Assembly: GCA_016787045.1 (NCBI GenBank)
Contig: JAEUVA010000011.1
Location: 143,028 to 207,027, forward strand
Length of the DNA stretch: 64,000 nt
Source: Chitinophagales bacterium
GTDB lineage: Bacteria > Bacteroidota > Bacteroidia > Chitinophagales > LD1
Direction of reading: 5' to 3'
A model generated the notes under the pieces. That model was given only the letters and a program-made list of their open reading frames with translations, was not told the DNA's origin and did no database searches. Below are positions 36,902 through 46,818 of this stretch, in pieces (within the stretch, counting starts at the first letter, position 1; each line of letters opens with the position of its first letter). A program made the translations under genes and the position numbers.

Positions 36902-37585
36902 TCATACAAAATACTGATCAATCTCTGTACTCAACAGTTCCGTTGAAATTTTTTCGATCGGGTGCTCCACATTTTCATACTCCACATACATGGCATCGTT
37001 CATCAGCGAGGCGGCATGCTGTGTTTCTTCGGCAGTAACCATGTTGTCTTTGCTTCCGCGAGCCAACAGAACGGTTGAAGTAATTTTTTCAAAATCCGCA
37101 TCGGTTAAATGTGTTTTAGCCAAATCGTGCATCATCAATGCGGTTTTACTCATTACACTCCTCCACTCGTGCTCGCCATGCCGCTCAGCCAACGCCTGTG
37201 CAAACGCGGGTACCTTCTCCACTATTTTATCGGCATTCAGCATTTTTACTTCGCGGTTGGCTTCTTCTTCGTTCCAGTTTAGTTTGGTGCCCAGCGTAAA
37301 TATTTTGCCCACCCGCTGCGGATAAAAGCGTGCTAACCAAAGCGCTACATAACCACCCATGCTGTAGCCAAAAACATCTATGGTGTTTATTTGCTTTTCG
37401 TTCATCCAATCCAGCACTTCGTGCGCAAAATTTTGAATAGTGAACGCATGGTGGTGCGATGGTACTCTTGCATGACCGGCAAAATTGAGGGCATGTGTTT
37501 TAAATTTAGCTGCTAATTGTTTTTCCAACTCGGCAAACTGTTCTTTGCTGCCCAGTGCTCCGTGTAGTAAAAGTAAATGTTGCAT
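36902..37585 (-). CDS. Alpha/beta hydrolase
   Basis: The N-terminus is LLLLHGALGS and the nucleophile elbow is GYSMGG. Confidence 0.7.
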   Translation of the reverse strand: MQHLLLLHGALGSKEQFAELEKQLAAKFKTHALNFAGHARVPSHHHAFTIQNFAHEVLDWMNEKQINTIDVFGYSMGGYVALWLARFYPQRVGKIFTLGTKLNWNEEEANREVKMLNADKIVEKVPAFAQALAERHGEHEWRSVMSKTALMMHDLAKTHLTDADFEKITSTVLLARGSKDNMVTAEETQHAASLMNDAMYVEYENVEHPIEKISTELLSTEIDQYFV

Positions 37586-37623
37586 GGGGGCTAAAATAAA
37601 CGCTCTCTTGTTATCTTAGCCCT

Positions 37624-39468
37624 ATGAGAATTTCTTTTGTACTTCCTTTTTTGTTTGCGGTATTTTTTCTAAACGCCCAACAAACACCGCAACAAGGCAC
37701 CATAGCGCCAAGTGCCACTATTACACTATCAGACACTGCACATACCGATTTTGAACCATCCGTTACCAACATACAAGAGCAACCCAAACCCGCTACCGAT
37801 TTGCAAAACAAAAAAGCATTGCTTCATCAGCAACGCATCAAAAACAAAGCAGATATAAAAAAAAACGATGCACGAAGCGCAAAGCCCGATGCCCCCGTAC
37901 TGCTCAGCGGATTTAACGGCAACAGCGCACAAGGCACACCCAACGATAATCATATAGCAGTTAGCAATAATGGATGGATGGTGAGTGTGGTCAATACCAA
38001 CATCCGCGTATTTGATACTGCGGGTGTTTTAAAAAGCAATAAATCGCTCACTGTATTTGCACAGCCACTCGGCAGTTTTTCGCAAAACAGCGACCCGCGG
38101 GTAATCTACGATCCAGATAATGATCGGTTTATCGTTGTTTTCTTTTCGGGAGTGGTGAGCAGTACCAACAAAATTATCGTGGCTTTTTCAAAAACCGGAG
38201 ACCCTACTGCACAATGGAATTTATATCAACTGCCCGGCAATTACCTTAACGATACCACCTGGAGCGATTACCCCATTGTAAGCATCAGTAAGCACGATTT
38301 GTTTATGACCTTCAATCAACTCAAAGATGGGCAGGGCTGGCAAACTGGTTTCCGCTATTCTATTATCTGGCAAATCGATAAACAGAAAGGGTACAATGGC
38401 GATACGCTTACCTTTAACCACTGGAGCAATATTCAGTACAACAACAAACCGGTGTGGAGCATTTGCCCCGTAATGGAAGGCGCTGCATTTACCGATTCAG
38501 TTACATATTTTCTTTCGGTACGGCCTTCTGATTTGAATAATGATTCCGTGTTTTTGCACACCATTACCAACACCCAAAAATCGGGCATTGCCACACTAAG
38601 CACTCGTCTTTTAAAAACCAACACTCCGTACGGCTTAGCACCCAACGGCATACAACCCAGCGGACAGCAATTAGCTACCAACGATGCGCGGGTGCTGCAT
38701 GCTATCATTCACAACAACCGCATTTACTATGCACAAAATTGCATTACGCCATATACTACATCCGGCATTTACTTGGGTAGAATAGATAATCCCACTTCTC
38801 TATCACCCACCATCACCGGACAGATAATTGGTTACGATACTCTGGACCTCGGTTATCCGGCTATCACAAACATTGGTGTGGGGCCAAATGACTACCGCTC
38901 ATTTTTAGTATGCGGTTATACTTCCGATAAACTTTTTTCCGGCACTACAGCTTTTTATATAGATAATGATGGTAATGTATCAGACCCGCTCATTGTGAAA
39001 CAAGGCGAAGGCAATGTAAACGTACTGGCCGATAGCATTGAGCGCTGGGGCGATTACACCGGCATACAGCGGGTATATAACGAGCCCTTTACGGCTTGGC
39101 TGGCGCACTCTTATGGTCGCACCAATCAGGTACACGGTACATGGATTGCCAAAATTACCACGGCAGATACCGGTACAATTACAAATATTAAAACCGTTTC
39201 TCCGTCCATTCCAGCCAAAGTTTTTCCTAATCCGGTAGCAGAAACAGACCGCTTAACCGTACAGTTTGAATCGCAGAAAGGAGCGCACACCATTATTCAA
39301 CTAACCGATGTTAGCGGCAAAATATTACATAAGTTATTTGATGAATATCTAAAAGCCGGAGTCAATCAGTTTTCGTTTAATCCGCAACCATTGCCTTCTG
39401 GCGTATTTGTATTGCAGATTATTGAAAACGGAGTGGTGATAAAAACTGAAAGAGTGGTGATGCGATAA
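37624..39468 (+). CDS. T9SS cargo protein, function unknown
   Basis: There is a signal peptide. The C-terminal sorting domain reads VFPNPVAETDRLTVQF..LPSGVFVLQIIENG. Confidence 0.7.
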   Translation: MRISFVLPFLFAVFFLNAQQTPQQGTIAPSATITLSDTAHTDFEPSVTNIQEQPKPATDLQNKKALLHQQRIKNKADIKKNDARSAKPDAPVLLSGFNGNSAQGTPNDNHIAVSNNGWMVSVVNTNIRVFDTAGVLKSNKSLTVFAQPLGSFSQNSDPRVIYDPDNDRFIVVFFSGVVSSTNKIIVAFSKTGDPTAQWNLYQLPGNYLNDTTWSDYPIVSISKHDLFMTFNQLKDGQGWQTGFRYSIIWQIDKQKGYNGDTLTFNHWSNIQYNNKPVWSICPVMEGAAFTDSVTYFLSVRPSDLNNDSVFLHTITNTQKSGIATLSTRLLKTNTPYGLAPNGIQPSGQQLATNDARVLHAIIHNNRIYYAQNCITPYTTSGIYLGRIDNPTSLSPTITGQIIGYDTLDLGYPAITNIGVGPNDYRSFLVCGYTSDKLFSGTTAFYIDNDGNVSDPLIVKQGEGNVNVLADSIERWGDYTGIQRVYNEPFTAWLAHSYGRTNQVHGTWIAKITTADTGTITNIKTVSPSIPAKVFPNPVAETDRLTVQFESQKGAHTIIQLTDVSGKILHKLFDEYLKAGVNQFSFNPQPLPSGVFVLQIIENGVVIKTERVVMR

Positions 39469-39474
39469 TGTTTC

Positions 39475-41211
39475 TTACCGCGCAAACTTTCTTTTTCTCC
39501 ACCAGTTCCATCCAAAACCAAAACTGATAATGAAGAATATTGGGGCAACAATATTGATGAGTTGCCATTGTAGTTTTTGTTCTTCGGCCTTTACGCTGTT
39601 AAGCAGGCGTAGCTTCACTTCTTTGTTGCGCGTTTCTAATATGCCGTTGTTATCCACCAAATATTCAATACAGTTGAGTATAAAATCTTTGTTGGCAAAC
39701 TGCTGGCGGGTGTATGGATAGTAGCCCAGCGGATAGGCGGTGCTATCGCTGCGCACTTCGCTGCGTATCATATCGCCATCGGCTATTACTATCATTTTGT
39801 TTTCGGGGCTTTGCTCTTGGTACTTGAGATTTTCTATCGTGTCGCTGGCGGCTAAAAACTCTGCACTCATCCGGTTTTTATATACGCTTTCAAATTTTCC
39901 TTCCAGCAACACCGCTACCGGTAACTCCGGCTGATTGTAGTATGCAGGATTGGGCTTGCCCTGCAATATGCCAAAATGCACACGCGATGGCGTAAGCTGC
40001 GCCTTGGCGTTTTGTGTGGTGTGCAGCAATATTTTTTTGCTTATGCCCGGGTTTTTTATGGTGTCTATGCTGCTGGCAAAAAACGCTGCCACCGGGTCTA
40101 AGTTTCGGCTGATGGGGTGGCTGTTATCGCTCACCAAGAGCGGAAAGTAATACCACGGAAACATGCGCGTTTGTGGAGCATCGCCCATTTGCCCCACTAC
40201 CAGCGGAATAGATAAATTCAAATTAATATCTTGTAATATATCACCATTTATCCGCACGCCATATTTAAACAGCATATCGTCAATGCCATAGTCGGTAGCT
40301 TGCACAAATTGCCCGGTGGGGTTGGTGCGCAAGCTGTCCATATCTGCCGTAGATCCATCTACTAACCACAGCACTTTACCACCGTGCATTATGTACTGGT
40401 CTATCTTGTACTTGTTGATTTCTTCTTTTCCCTTTTCCGGGTAAATAAAACTGGCCTGTGGCTTGGCGATAACTATAGCATCGTACCTATCTGGTATATA
40501 GTAATTGGCGTTAATATCAAAATCCTTCACTTCATAGTGTAGTTGCTGAAGCGTGTTTTGAATATCGGCCACTTCTACCGCGCCCAACTCACCGTGGCCT
40601 TTCAAAAAACCAATGCGCGGTGGGCGGTATTGTGTGAGTTTTTTTATGGCGTTAGCAAATTTGTACTCCAATAGAATCACTGAGTTGTTGATGATTTCTA
40701 CCGGGCTATAGCCAATTTGATTTTCTAAAAGCTGTACCGGCATTTCGCGGCCTCCATAGGTTACGGTTGCTCCCGGAAAAATAAGCTGCTCTTTGCTGTC
40801 GCTGTTGCTAACAGTGGTAAGGTTGGTGGGCTTTATGCCTCGCTGTATCAAATCGGTAATCAGTGCTTTGCGCTCATCTAAGTTCTCTATAGCCATGGGG
40901 TCTATAAAGGTGTACTCTATGTTCCCTCCTCCGTAAGCGCGCAGTTCATCTAAGGTGTTTCGGGTGCTTTCGCGCAGGCGGGTGAACCCGGCATTGAGCT
41001 CTCCGTCTAAATACACTTTGATGGTAACAATGTCTTTGAGCTCTTTCGCCATTTTTTTTGTGGCTGGCGAAATGGAGTAACGCTTTTCGGCTGTGAGGTC
41101 AAAGCGGTGGTAAAAAAATAAGCCCGCTACATTGAGCAATAGCAATATAAGCAAAGCCAGAGCTAGCCGGAGCACGGCATCTTTACGGTTTGTTAGTGTA
41201 TTGCCCCGCAT
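39475..41211 (-). CDS. gldG: Gliding-motility ABC transporter accessory protein GldG
   Basis: It has N- and C-terminal TM anchors around a large periplasmic domain, and sits immediately downstream of gldF. Confidence 0.75.
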   Translation of the reverse strand: MRGNTLTNRKDAVLRLALALLILLLLNVAGLFFYHRFDLTAEKRYSISPATKKMAKELKDIVTIKVYLDGELNAGFTRLRESTRNTLDELRAYGGGNIEYTFIDPMAIENLDERKALITDLIQRGIKPTNLTTVSNSDSKEQLIFPGATVTYGGREMPVQLLENQIGYSPVEIINNSVILLEYKFANAIKKLTQYRPPRIGFLKGHGELGAVEVADIQNTLQQLHYEVKDFDINANYYIPDRYDAIVIAKPQASFIYPEKGKEEINKYKIDQYIMHGGKVLWLVDGSTADMDSLRTNPTGQFVQATDYGIDDMLFKYGVRINGDILQDINLNLSIPLVVGQMGDAPQTRMFPWYYFPLLVSDNSHPISRNLDPVAAFFASSIDTIKNPGISKKILLHTTQNAKAQLTPSRVHFGILQGKPNPAYYNQPELPVAVLLEGKFESVYKNRMSAEFLAASDTIENLKYQEQSPENKMIVIADGDMIRSEVRSDSTAYPLGYYPYTRQQFANKDFILNCIEYLVDNNGILETRNKEVKLRLLNSVKAEEQKLQWQLINIVAPIFFIISFGFGWNWWRKRKFAR

Positions 41212-41260
41212 TTTTATTTACCCAATTACTGATTTATTATTCATACATTTAGCATTCAAC

Positions 41261-41992
41261 TTACCACCTGCGGCTACTCAACGCTGTGCGGGTCAAGATT
41301 AAAAACAGCCCAATTACACTTAAAAAATAAATTACATCTCTGGTGTCTATCACTCCTTTGCCCATAGCGTTATAGTGTGCACTTAGCCCAAGGTACTCTA
41401 CCCAATAATCTGTTTTGCCCACAAAAGCAGCAAACTGCGAAACATAGTCAAAGGCCAAGTACAGAAAGAAACACAAAAACACTCCGGCTATAAAAGCCAC
41501 TATTTGGTTTGAGGTAACCGATGAACAAAAGATGCCTATGGCTACAAACACTGCTCCAAGAAACAATAACCCGAAGTAGCTTCCGGCTATGCCGCCTACA
41601 TCTACATTGCCCACCGGATTAGCTAATAGGTAAATGGTTACCAAATAAAATAACGTGGGTAGTATGGCGATAAGCACTAGTGTAAATGCAGCAAAAAATT
41701 TACCCAACACAATTTGCATTTCGGTAACCGGTCGAGTGGCTAATAACTCAATGGTGCCGCTGCTGATTTCTTCGGCCACAGAACGCATAGTAATGGCGGG
41801 TATCAAAAAAATAAATATATAGGGGGCGATATAAAAAAATGAATCCATGGTGGCATAGCCGTAAGTAAGTATGTTGGTATCCGGAAAAACCCAGATAAAC
41901 AAACCCAACACCAGCAGAAAAACGATAATGGCCATATAGCCAATTAGCGAACCAAAAAACTGCTGTATTTCCTTTTTATATATGGCCAACAT
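41261..41992 (-). CDS. gldF: Gliding-motility ABC transporter permease GldF
   Basis: The N-terminus is MLAIYKKEIQQFFGSLIGYMAIIVFLLVLGLFIWVFPD. It is a six-TM ABC-2 type permease. Confidence 0.8.
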   Translation of the reverse strand: MLAIYKKEIQQFFGSLIGYMAIIVFLLVLGLFIWVFPDTNILTYGYATMDSFFYIAPYIFIFLIPAITMRSVAEEISSGTIELLATRPVTEMQIVLGKFFAAFTLVLIAILPTLFYLVTIYLLANPVGNVDVGGIAGSYFGLLFLGAVFVAIGIFCSSVTSNQIVAFIAGVFLCFFLYLAFDYVSQFAAFVGKTDYWVEYLGLSAHYNAMGKGVIDTRDVIYFLSVIGLFLILTRTALSSRRW

Positions 41993-41999
41993 GGGTGGG

Positions 42000-42490
42000 C
42001 GAAGATAGAAGGTTTTGTTTGTGTGTTGTTTGCTAACAATCTGTAAATCTGTTTATGCTGTCTTTTCTTATTTACTTCTTCTGTTGTTCACACCTGTGTG
42101 TATTGGTGTGAATAAACTGCTGAAATGTGGTGTCTATCTTTTTTTGGGTTTATGATTGCTTTCACACAGGGTTTGAACAAACGTCATACCGTGTACAAAA
42201 TGAGTGATTTCCACAGCCGGGTAAATTCATTGTTAACTTCATTTTATCCCAATACTACTATTCACATGGCAATTCACAGTGTGTGGGTAACCCTGCTTTT
42301 TGTAGTAATGGCGGGGGTTGGGTGCTCACATGGTATGTGGGTTATTGTGAGTTTTGGGTGCTTATTGAGATTTACAATAGCCCCGAGAAAAAGAAATCCA
42401 ACAATCCACAGCGCTAATAACGGGCTGTTTAGTTTCTATATTTTAAAAACTATTTAATACCAATAATTAATAGTGTGGACAACCCAAATA
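42000..42490. other. Candidate chromosomal replication origin (DnaA-box cluster plus AT-rich tract)
   Basis: Five 9-mers lie within 1 mismatch of TTATNCACA: 42084-42092 (+), 42107-42115 (-), 42258-42266 (+), 42282-42290 (-), 42474-42482 (-). At least six more have 2 mismatches. About 80 percent AT at 42425-42472. Confidence 0.4.
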
Positions 42491-42493
42491 AAA

Positions 42494-44194
42494 TCATTTC
42501 TGCACTTTGGGCTTGGTTTCGGTTTGTTGAAGGTTGAGTTCTAAATCTAAATCCCATCCGCCTTTTAGTGTGTAGGTATCCTTAAATGGAATTACTTTTT
42601 CGGGTTGCTTTCTTTGACTAAGATTTCCAGTGTCCCATTCACCATTTTCATTTGTATCTTCAAAAACAACAGCTTTGTAATTTCCCTCCGGCAAGTTTTT
42701 TAAAACATCTGTTTTTTCTTTTACATTATCTAAGTAGTACACAGCAACCTCTACATCTGCTGAATTTAAAATTTTAAGAACGTATTTTTTTCCCTGCTCT
42801 GCTGTTTTAATGGTGAGTTTTATATTGCCATAGTTTTCTGAACTGTTGGTGGTAAAGCGTTGCTCCATTTTATCGTTGTAGATTCCCCACACATCTCTTA
42901 ATAAAGAATCTGGTATAATTAGTTTATACAACGTGTTCGGCTTTCTTTCAAAATCGACATACAGCGTCTGTTTTGTGGTTTTATCTAACCAAAACTTTTT
43001 GGTTGTAATGTCTTGGCTACTATCAACCGTAATTTGAATCGTTTTAGAATCGCTTATACTGAGCACAGGTCTAGATAAATTAAATTTAAGCGGCTCATAC
43101 AGCGTTAATTGCGGAAGAGTAGCCACGCTTTTATCACTTCCTAAAGATTTAACTTGCTGATTATGAATACTTAACTTGTGTTTTTTTTGTTGAAGCACCG
43201 AATCTTTGATTAACGTTTTTAACTCTAACCTCAGGGTATCAAATGTGGTGTCGTTGGCGCACAAAAATACCGAATCAAATTTGGTATAATAATCAGAAAA
43301 CCAAATTGTTATACTATCTTTTTCATTACTATTCCAGGCCTGGAACCCATTAAAAAACAACTTTGAATCTGCCCTAAACTTGCTAATAGCAGTATTGTAC
43401 TTTATTGTCAGTTTACCCGGTTCCGAATTTTTGTAAGTGAGTATTTTAGGTTTGTTTGGATGTTGATTAAAAACCAAAAGATTAACAAATTGAGGAAATG
43501 TGTCGGTTAGCTGAAGTAGCGTATCCAAAAATCCTACTAACTCGTTTGGTTGGTCATAAACTAAGTTTCCGTTTTGATCTTTAACAGCAAAAACAGCATA
43601 CTCTCCGGGCTTTACATTATTAATGGTAAACATTCCGGCTTTATTCGTTTTTGCAAAGTACTTGGGTCGTTCACTTAAAACCGGCAATAGATTATCAGTT
43701 TGATATAAACCAACAATCACACCATCAGCATCAGTATCATCATGGGCAGTTTTTACTTTCCCGGAAATACTTTGAGAATCTATATAGCTACCGGTGGAAA
43801 AGACATAGGTGAAGTTTTGAAATACATTACCAGCGTTTAAGTCTTTAACATCATCAACAAAATTTATAGTGTATGTAGTATTTGGTTGAAGACTTCCTTT
43901 TAGCTTAACAAACAGAGATTTGCCATTTAGTTTAATCTCTGGTTTTGGTTCAACAGCCGGAGAAATTACAGTTTGTGTAAATCCGTTGTTTTGTAGGTAT
44001 TCGTTAAACCGTATTTCAATTTGTTTAGAGGTAAAGTTTACCGATTTATCAGGCGGATTTGCAGCTTTAACCTTTGGCGCTTCTGTATCTTCTTTACCTC
44101 CCAATGGGGCACTTTCGGTAGCACAACCCCACAATATTGCACCACCTAACGCAAGGCGAAAAAGAGATAAAATTGACTTTTTTTGATGAAACAC
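42494..44194 (-). CDS. Lipoprotein with SbsA-type Ig-like domain
   Basis: The lipobox is AILWGC. The Ig-like start reads KVKAANPPDKSVNFTSKQIEIRFNEYL. Confidence 0.55.
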   Translation of the reverse strand: MFHQKKSILSLFRLALGGAILWGCATESAPLGGKEDTEAPKVKAANPPDKSVNFTSKQIEIRFNEYLQNNGFTQTVISPAVEPKPEIKLNGKSLFVKLKGSLQPNTTYTINFVDDVKDLNAGNVFQNFTYVFSTGSYIDSQSISGKVKTAHDDTDADGVIVGLYQTDNLLPVLSERPKYFAKTNKAGMFTINNVKPGEYAVFAVKDQNGNLVYDQPNELVGFLDTLLQLTDTFPQFVNLLVFNQHPNKPKILTYKNSEPGKLTIKYNTAISKFRADSKLFFNGFQAWNSNEKDSITIWFSDYYTKFDSVFLCANDTTFDTLRLELKTLIKDSVLQQKKHKLSIHNQQVKSLGSDKSVATLPQLTLYEPLKFNLSRPVLSISDSKTIQITVDSSQDITTKKFWLDKTTKQTLYVDFERKPNTLYKLIIPDSLLRDVWGIYNDKMEQRFTTNSSENYGNIKLTIKTAEQGKKYVLKILNSADVEVAVYYLDNVKEKTDVLKNLPEGNYKAVVFEDTNENGEWDTGNLSQRKQPEKVIPFKDTYTLKGGWDLDLELNLQQTETKPKVQK

Positions 44195-44203
44195 GTAGTT
44201 GTA

Positions 44204-46087
44204 TTATCTGCCCATGTGAACCAAAAGTACCGATACATCAGCCGGAGAAACCCCACTGATGCGGCTTGCCTGACCCAATGATGAGGGTTTAATTTTAGCC
44301 AATTTTATACGCGCTTCCATACTCAGCGATTTTAACGTACTGTAGTCAAAATTAGTATCTAAACGAATACCCTCTAACTTCCCCATCTTTTCTACCATTT
44401 CTACTTCTTTTTGAATGTAGCTTTCATATTTCATTTCTATCTCGGCACTTTCTACAAATTCCGGCTCATAGCTATTCAAAAAATCATCTACCGCAGGTAG
44501 TGCTTTTTGGAGTAATGCCATGCTTAGTTGAGGGCGGCCCAGTAGCTTATCCAACTTCATTCTTTGAGCTAATATAGAGGTCCCGGCATCTTCCAGCAGT
44601 GCGTTTACTTCACCGGGATCAACACCGGTTTGAGAAAAGAATTGCTTTATTTCTTTTATGGCGGCCCTTTTCTTTTGAACATTTTCTAACCGTTCACCAT
44701 CAGCCAAACCCAAGCGATGACCAATTTCAGTAAGCCGCAAATCGGCATTATCCTGCCGGAGCAAAATGCGGTATTCGGCACGGCTGGTAAACATACGGTA
44801 GGGCTCCTCGGTACCCTTGGTAATGAGGTCATCTATTAACACCCCAATGTAAGCATCGGAGCGCTGTAGGGTAAATGGCGCAAGTTCGCGGGCAGACAGG
44901 TGAGCGTTAATACCTGCCATTAATCCTTGGCAGGCGGCCTCTTCGTAGCCGGTAGTGCCATTAATTTGCCCGGCAAAATACAGCCCCTTAACCAACTTGG
45001 TTTCTAAGGTGTGCTCTAGCTGTGTAGGCGGAAAATAGTCATATTCAATAGCATACCCCGGCCTAAACATCTTTACATTCTCAAACCCAGAAATTTCTTT
45101 AAGCGCCTTATACTGTACATCTTCCGGTAGTGAGGTAGAAAAGCCATTTACGTAAATCTCTACCGTATTCCAGCCCTCCGGCTCCACAAATATCTGATGT
45201 CGGTCTTTATCGGCAAAGCGGTCTATTTTATCTTCCACACTAGGGCAATACCGAGGCCCCAGCCCTTTAATTCGCCCACTAAACATGGGGCTTTTATCAA
45301 AGCCGGTGCGGAGTATATTGTGGACTTTTGGGTTGGTGTAGGTAATGTGGCAGCTAAGCTGTTTTGTTTTAATGTTGGTTGTACAAAAAGGAGAGATACC
45401 CTTTTTGTAGGAGAATTGTCCCGGATTTTCGTCCCCTTGTTGTTCTTCCATTTTAGTATAGTCCAAACTACGGCCATCTATGCGAGGGGGGGTTCCGGTT
45501 TTCATACGGCCAGACTCAAACCCCAACCCTACCAATTGTTCCGTTATGCCCTTTGCGGCAGACTCTCCAGCCCTGCCGCCCCCAAAATTCTTTTCGCCAA
45601 TATGAATTAACCCATTAAGGAAGGTTCCATTAGTCAACACCACCGACTTGGCCCTAATTTCTATACCCATTGAAGTTCGCACTCCGCACACCCTTTCACC
45701 ATTAACTAACAGTCCACCAACCATTTCTTGCCAGAAATCCACATTTTTAGTGCCCTCTAAAAGGTTTCTCCACACACTTGCAAACATCATACGGTCGTTT
45801 TGGGTACGCGGACTCCACATAGCCGGCCCTTTGCTGCGATTTAGCATTCTAAACTGTACAGTACTCTTATCGCTCACAATACCACTATAACCACCAAGGG
45901 CATCAACTTCTCGCACAATTTGCCCCTTAGCAATACCGCCCATGGCCGGGTTGCAGCTCATTTGCCCAATTACCTGCATGTTCATGGTAATAAGCAGCAC
46001 ACTACTGCCCATATTGGCTGCAGCGGCAGCCGCTTCACAGCCCGCATGTCCGGCACCCACTACTAACACATCGTATTCCTTAAACAT
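44204..46087 (-). CDS. mnmG: tRNA uridine 5-carboxymethylaminomethyl modification enzyme MnmG (GidA)
   Basis: Motifs are [56 protein letters not shown]. Confidence 0.95.
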   Translation of the reverse strand: MFKEYDVLVVGAGHAGCEAAAAAANMGSSVLLITMNMQVIGQMSCNPAMGGIAKGQIVREVDALGGYSGIVSDKSTVQFRMLNRSKGPAMWSPRTQNDRMMFASVWRNLLEGTKNVDFWQEMVGGLLVNGERVCGVRTSMGIEIRAKSVVLTNGTFLNGLIHIGEKNFGGGRAGESAAKGITEQLVGLGFESGRMKTGTPPRIDGRSLDYTKMEEQQGDENPGQFSYKKGISPFCTTNIKTKQLSCHITYTNPKVHNILRTGFDKSPMFSGRIKGLGPRYCPSVEDKIDRFADKDRHQIFVEPEGWNTVEIYVNGFSTSLPEDVQYKALKEISGFENVKMFRPGYAIEYDYFPPTQLEHTLETKLVKGLYFAGQINGTTGYEEAACQGLMAGINAHLSARELAPFTLQRSDAYIGVLIDDLITKGTEEPYRMFTSRAEYRILLRQDNADLRLTEIGHRLGLADGERLENVQKKRAAIKEIKQFFSQTGVDPGEVNALLEDAGTSILAQRMKLDKLLGRPQLSMALLQKALPAVDDFLNSYEPEFVESAEIEMKYESYIQKEVEMVEKMGKLEGIRLDTNFDYSTLKSLSMEARIKLAKIKPSSLGQASRISGVSPADVSVLLVHMGR

Positions 46088-46119
46088 GTGGCAAAGGTAG
46101 CATTTGCCGGATTAAAATT

Positions 46120-46220
46120 TGTTCCATGTGGAACAATGCCATCATGTTCGTTGCCGGAACAGAAATATAGCACTAACTCGGGATGAGAGGAGTAGGCGAG
46201 TAATGTTCCATGTGGAACAA
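46120..46220. promoter_or_regulatory. Array of TGTTC..GAACA inverted repeats (operator-like)
   Basis: TGTTCCATGTGGAACAA occurs at 46120-46136 and identically at 46204-46220. TGTTCGTTGCCGGAACA occurs at 46145-46161. All lie between the ybeY stop and the mnmG start. Confidence 0.45.
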
Positions 46221-46289
46221 GAAGCTCCAAGCAGAATAACTAAAAGAGGGGTGGGATAGGTTTTGCAGGGTGGTACAAGTAATGTTGCA

Positions 46290-46799
46290 TTATTCTCTAA
46301 TAAACTCTTTCATTAACTCGCCATACTTTTTTAGCCAAAGATTTTCGGCCCTGCGCATAGCTATTTGTTGTTTGGTGGTTTTATCGTTATACCCCAAAAG
46401 ATGAAGAATGCCGTGAAAAACAACACGGTGCAGCTCTACAGCAAAAGGAGAAAGCAAAGCAAACCACATGCTCCTATTAGAAAGCATAAATTTTTGATTT
46501 TCAATAAGTTTACTATTCTTTTTTACTTGCTCTGTGCTGATGTAGATTTCGGCCAGGAGTTCTTTTTTGGTGTTGGTGAGCGGAAAAGTAATGATGTCTG
46601 TATAGTAATCGTGGTTCAAAAACTGCTGGTTTATTTTTAGCAGATATTCGTTAGAGCAAAAAACAATATTTATCTTGTAGAAATAGTTTTTGCCCCGGCT
46701 TTGGGTAATTTGTGCTGCGATAAAATCTTTTAGTAAAGTTCGGTTTTTTATAGGAATGGCAGCATCGGCAGCAAAAAATGATATTGTTGATTTTGGCAT
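46290..46799 (-). CDS. ybeY: rRNA maturation endoribonuclease YbeY
   Basis: The Zn-binding motif is HGILHLLGYND. Confidence 0.8.
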   Translation of the reverse strand: MPKSTISFFAADAAIPIKNRTLLKDFIAAQITQSRGKNYFYKINIVFCSNEYLLKINQQFLNHDYYTDIITFPLTNTKKELLAEIYISTEQVKKNSKLIENQKFMLSNRSMWFALLSPFAVELHRVVFHGILHLLGYNDKTTKQQIAMRRAENLWLKKYGELMKEFIRE

Positions 46800-46818
46800 T
46801 ACCGCAAAGATGTAAGAT

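Noticed and set aside
42125-42457. A 110-aa ORF inside the large gldF / lipoprotein intergenic gap
   Set aside because: I see no recognisable motif and the composition is odd. The ORF is built largely from the CACA/TGTG-rich DnaA-box-like repeats, so the region is better explained as non-coding. Confidence in this rejection is moderate.
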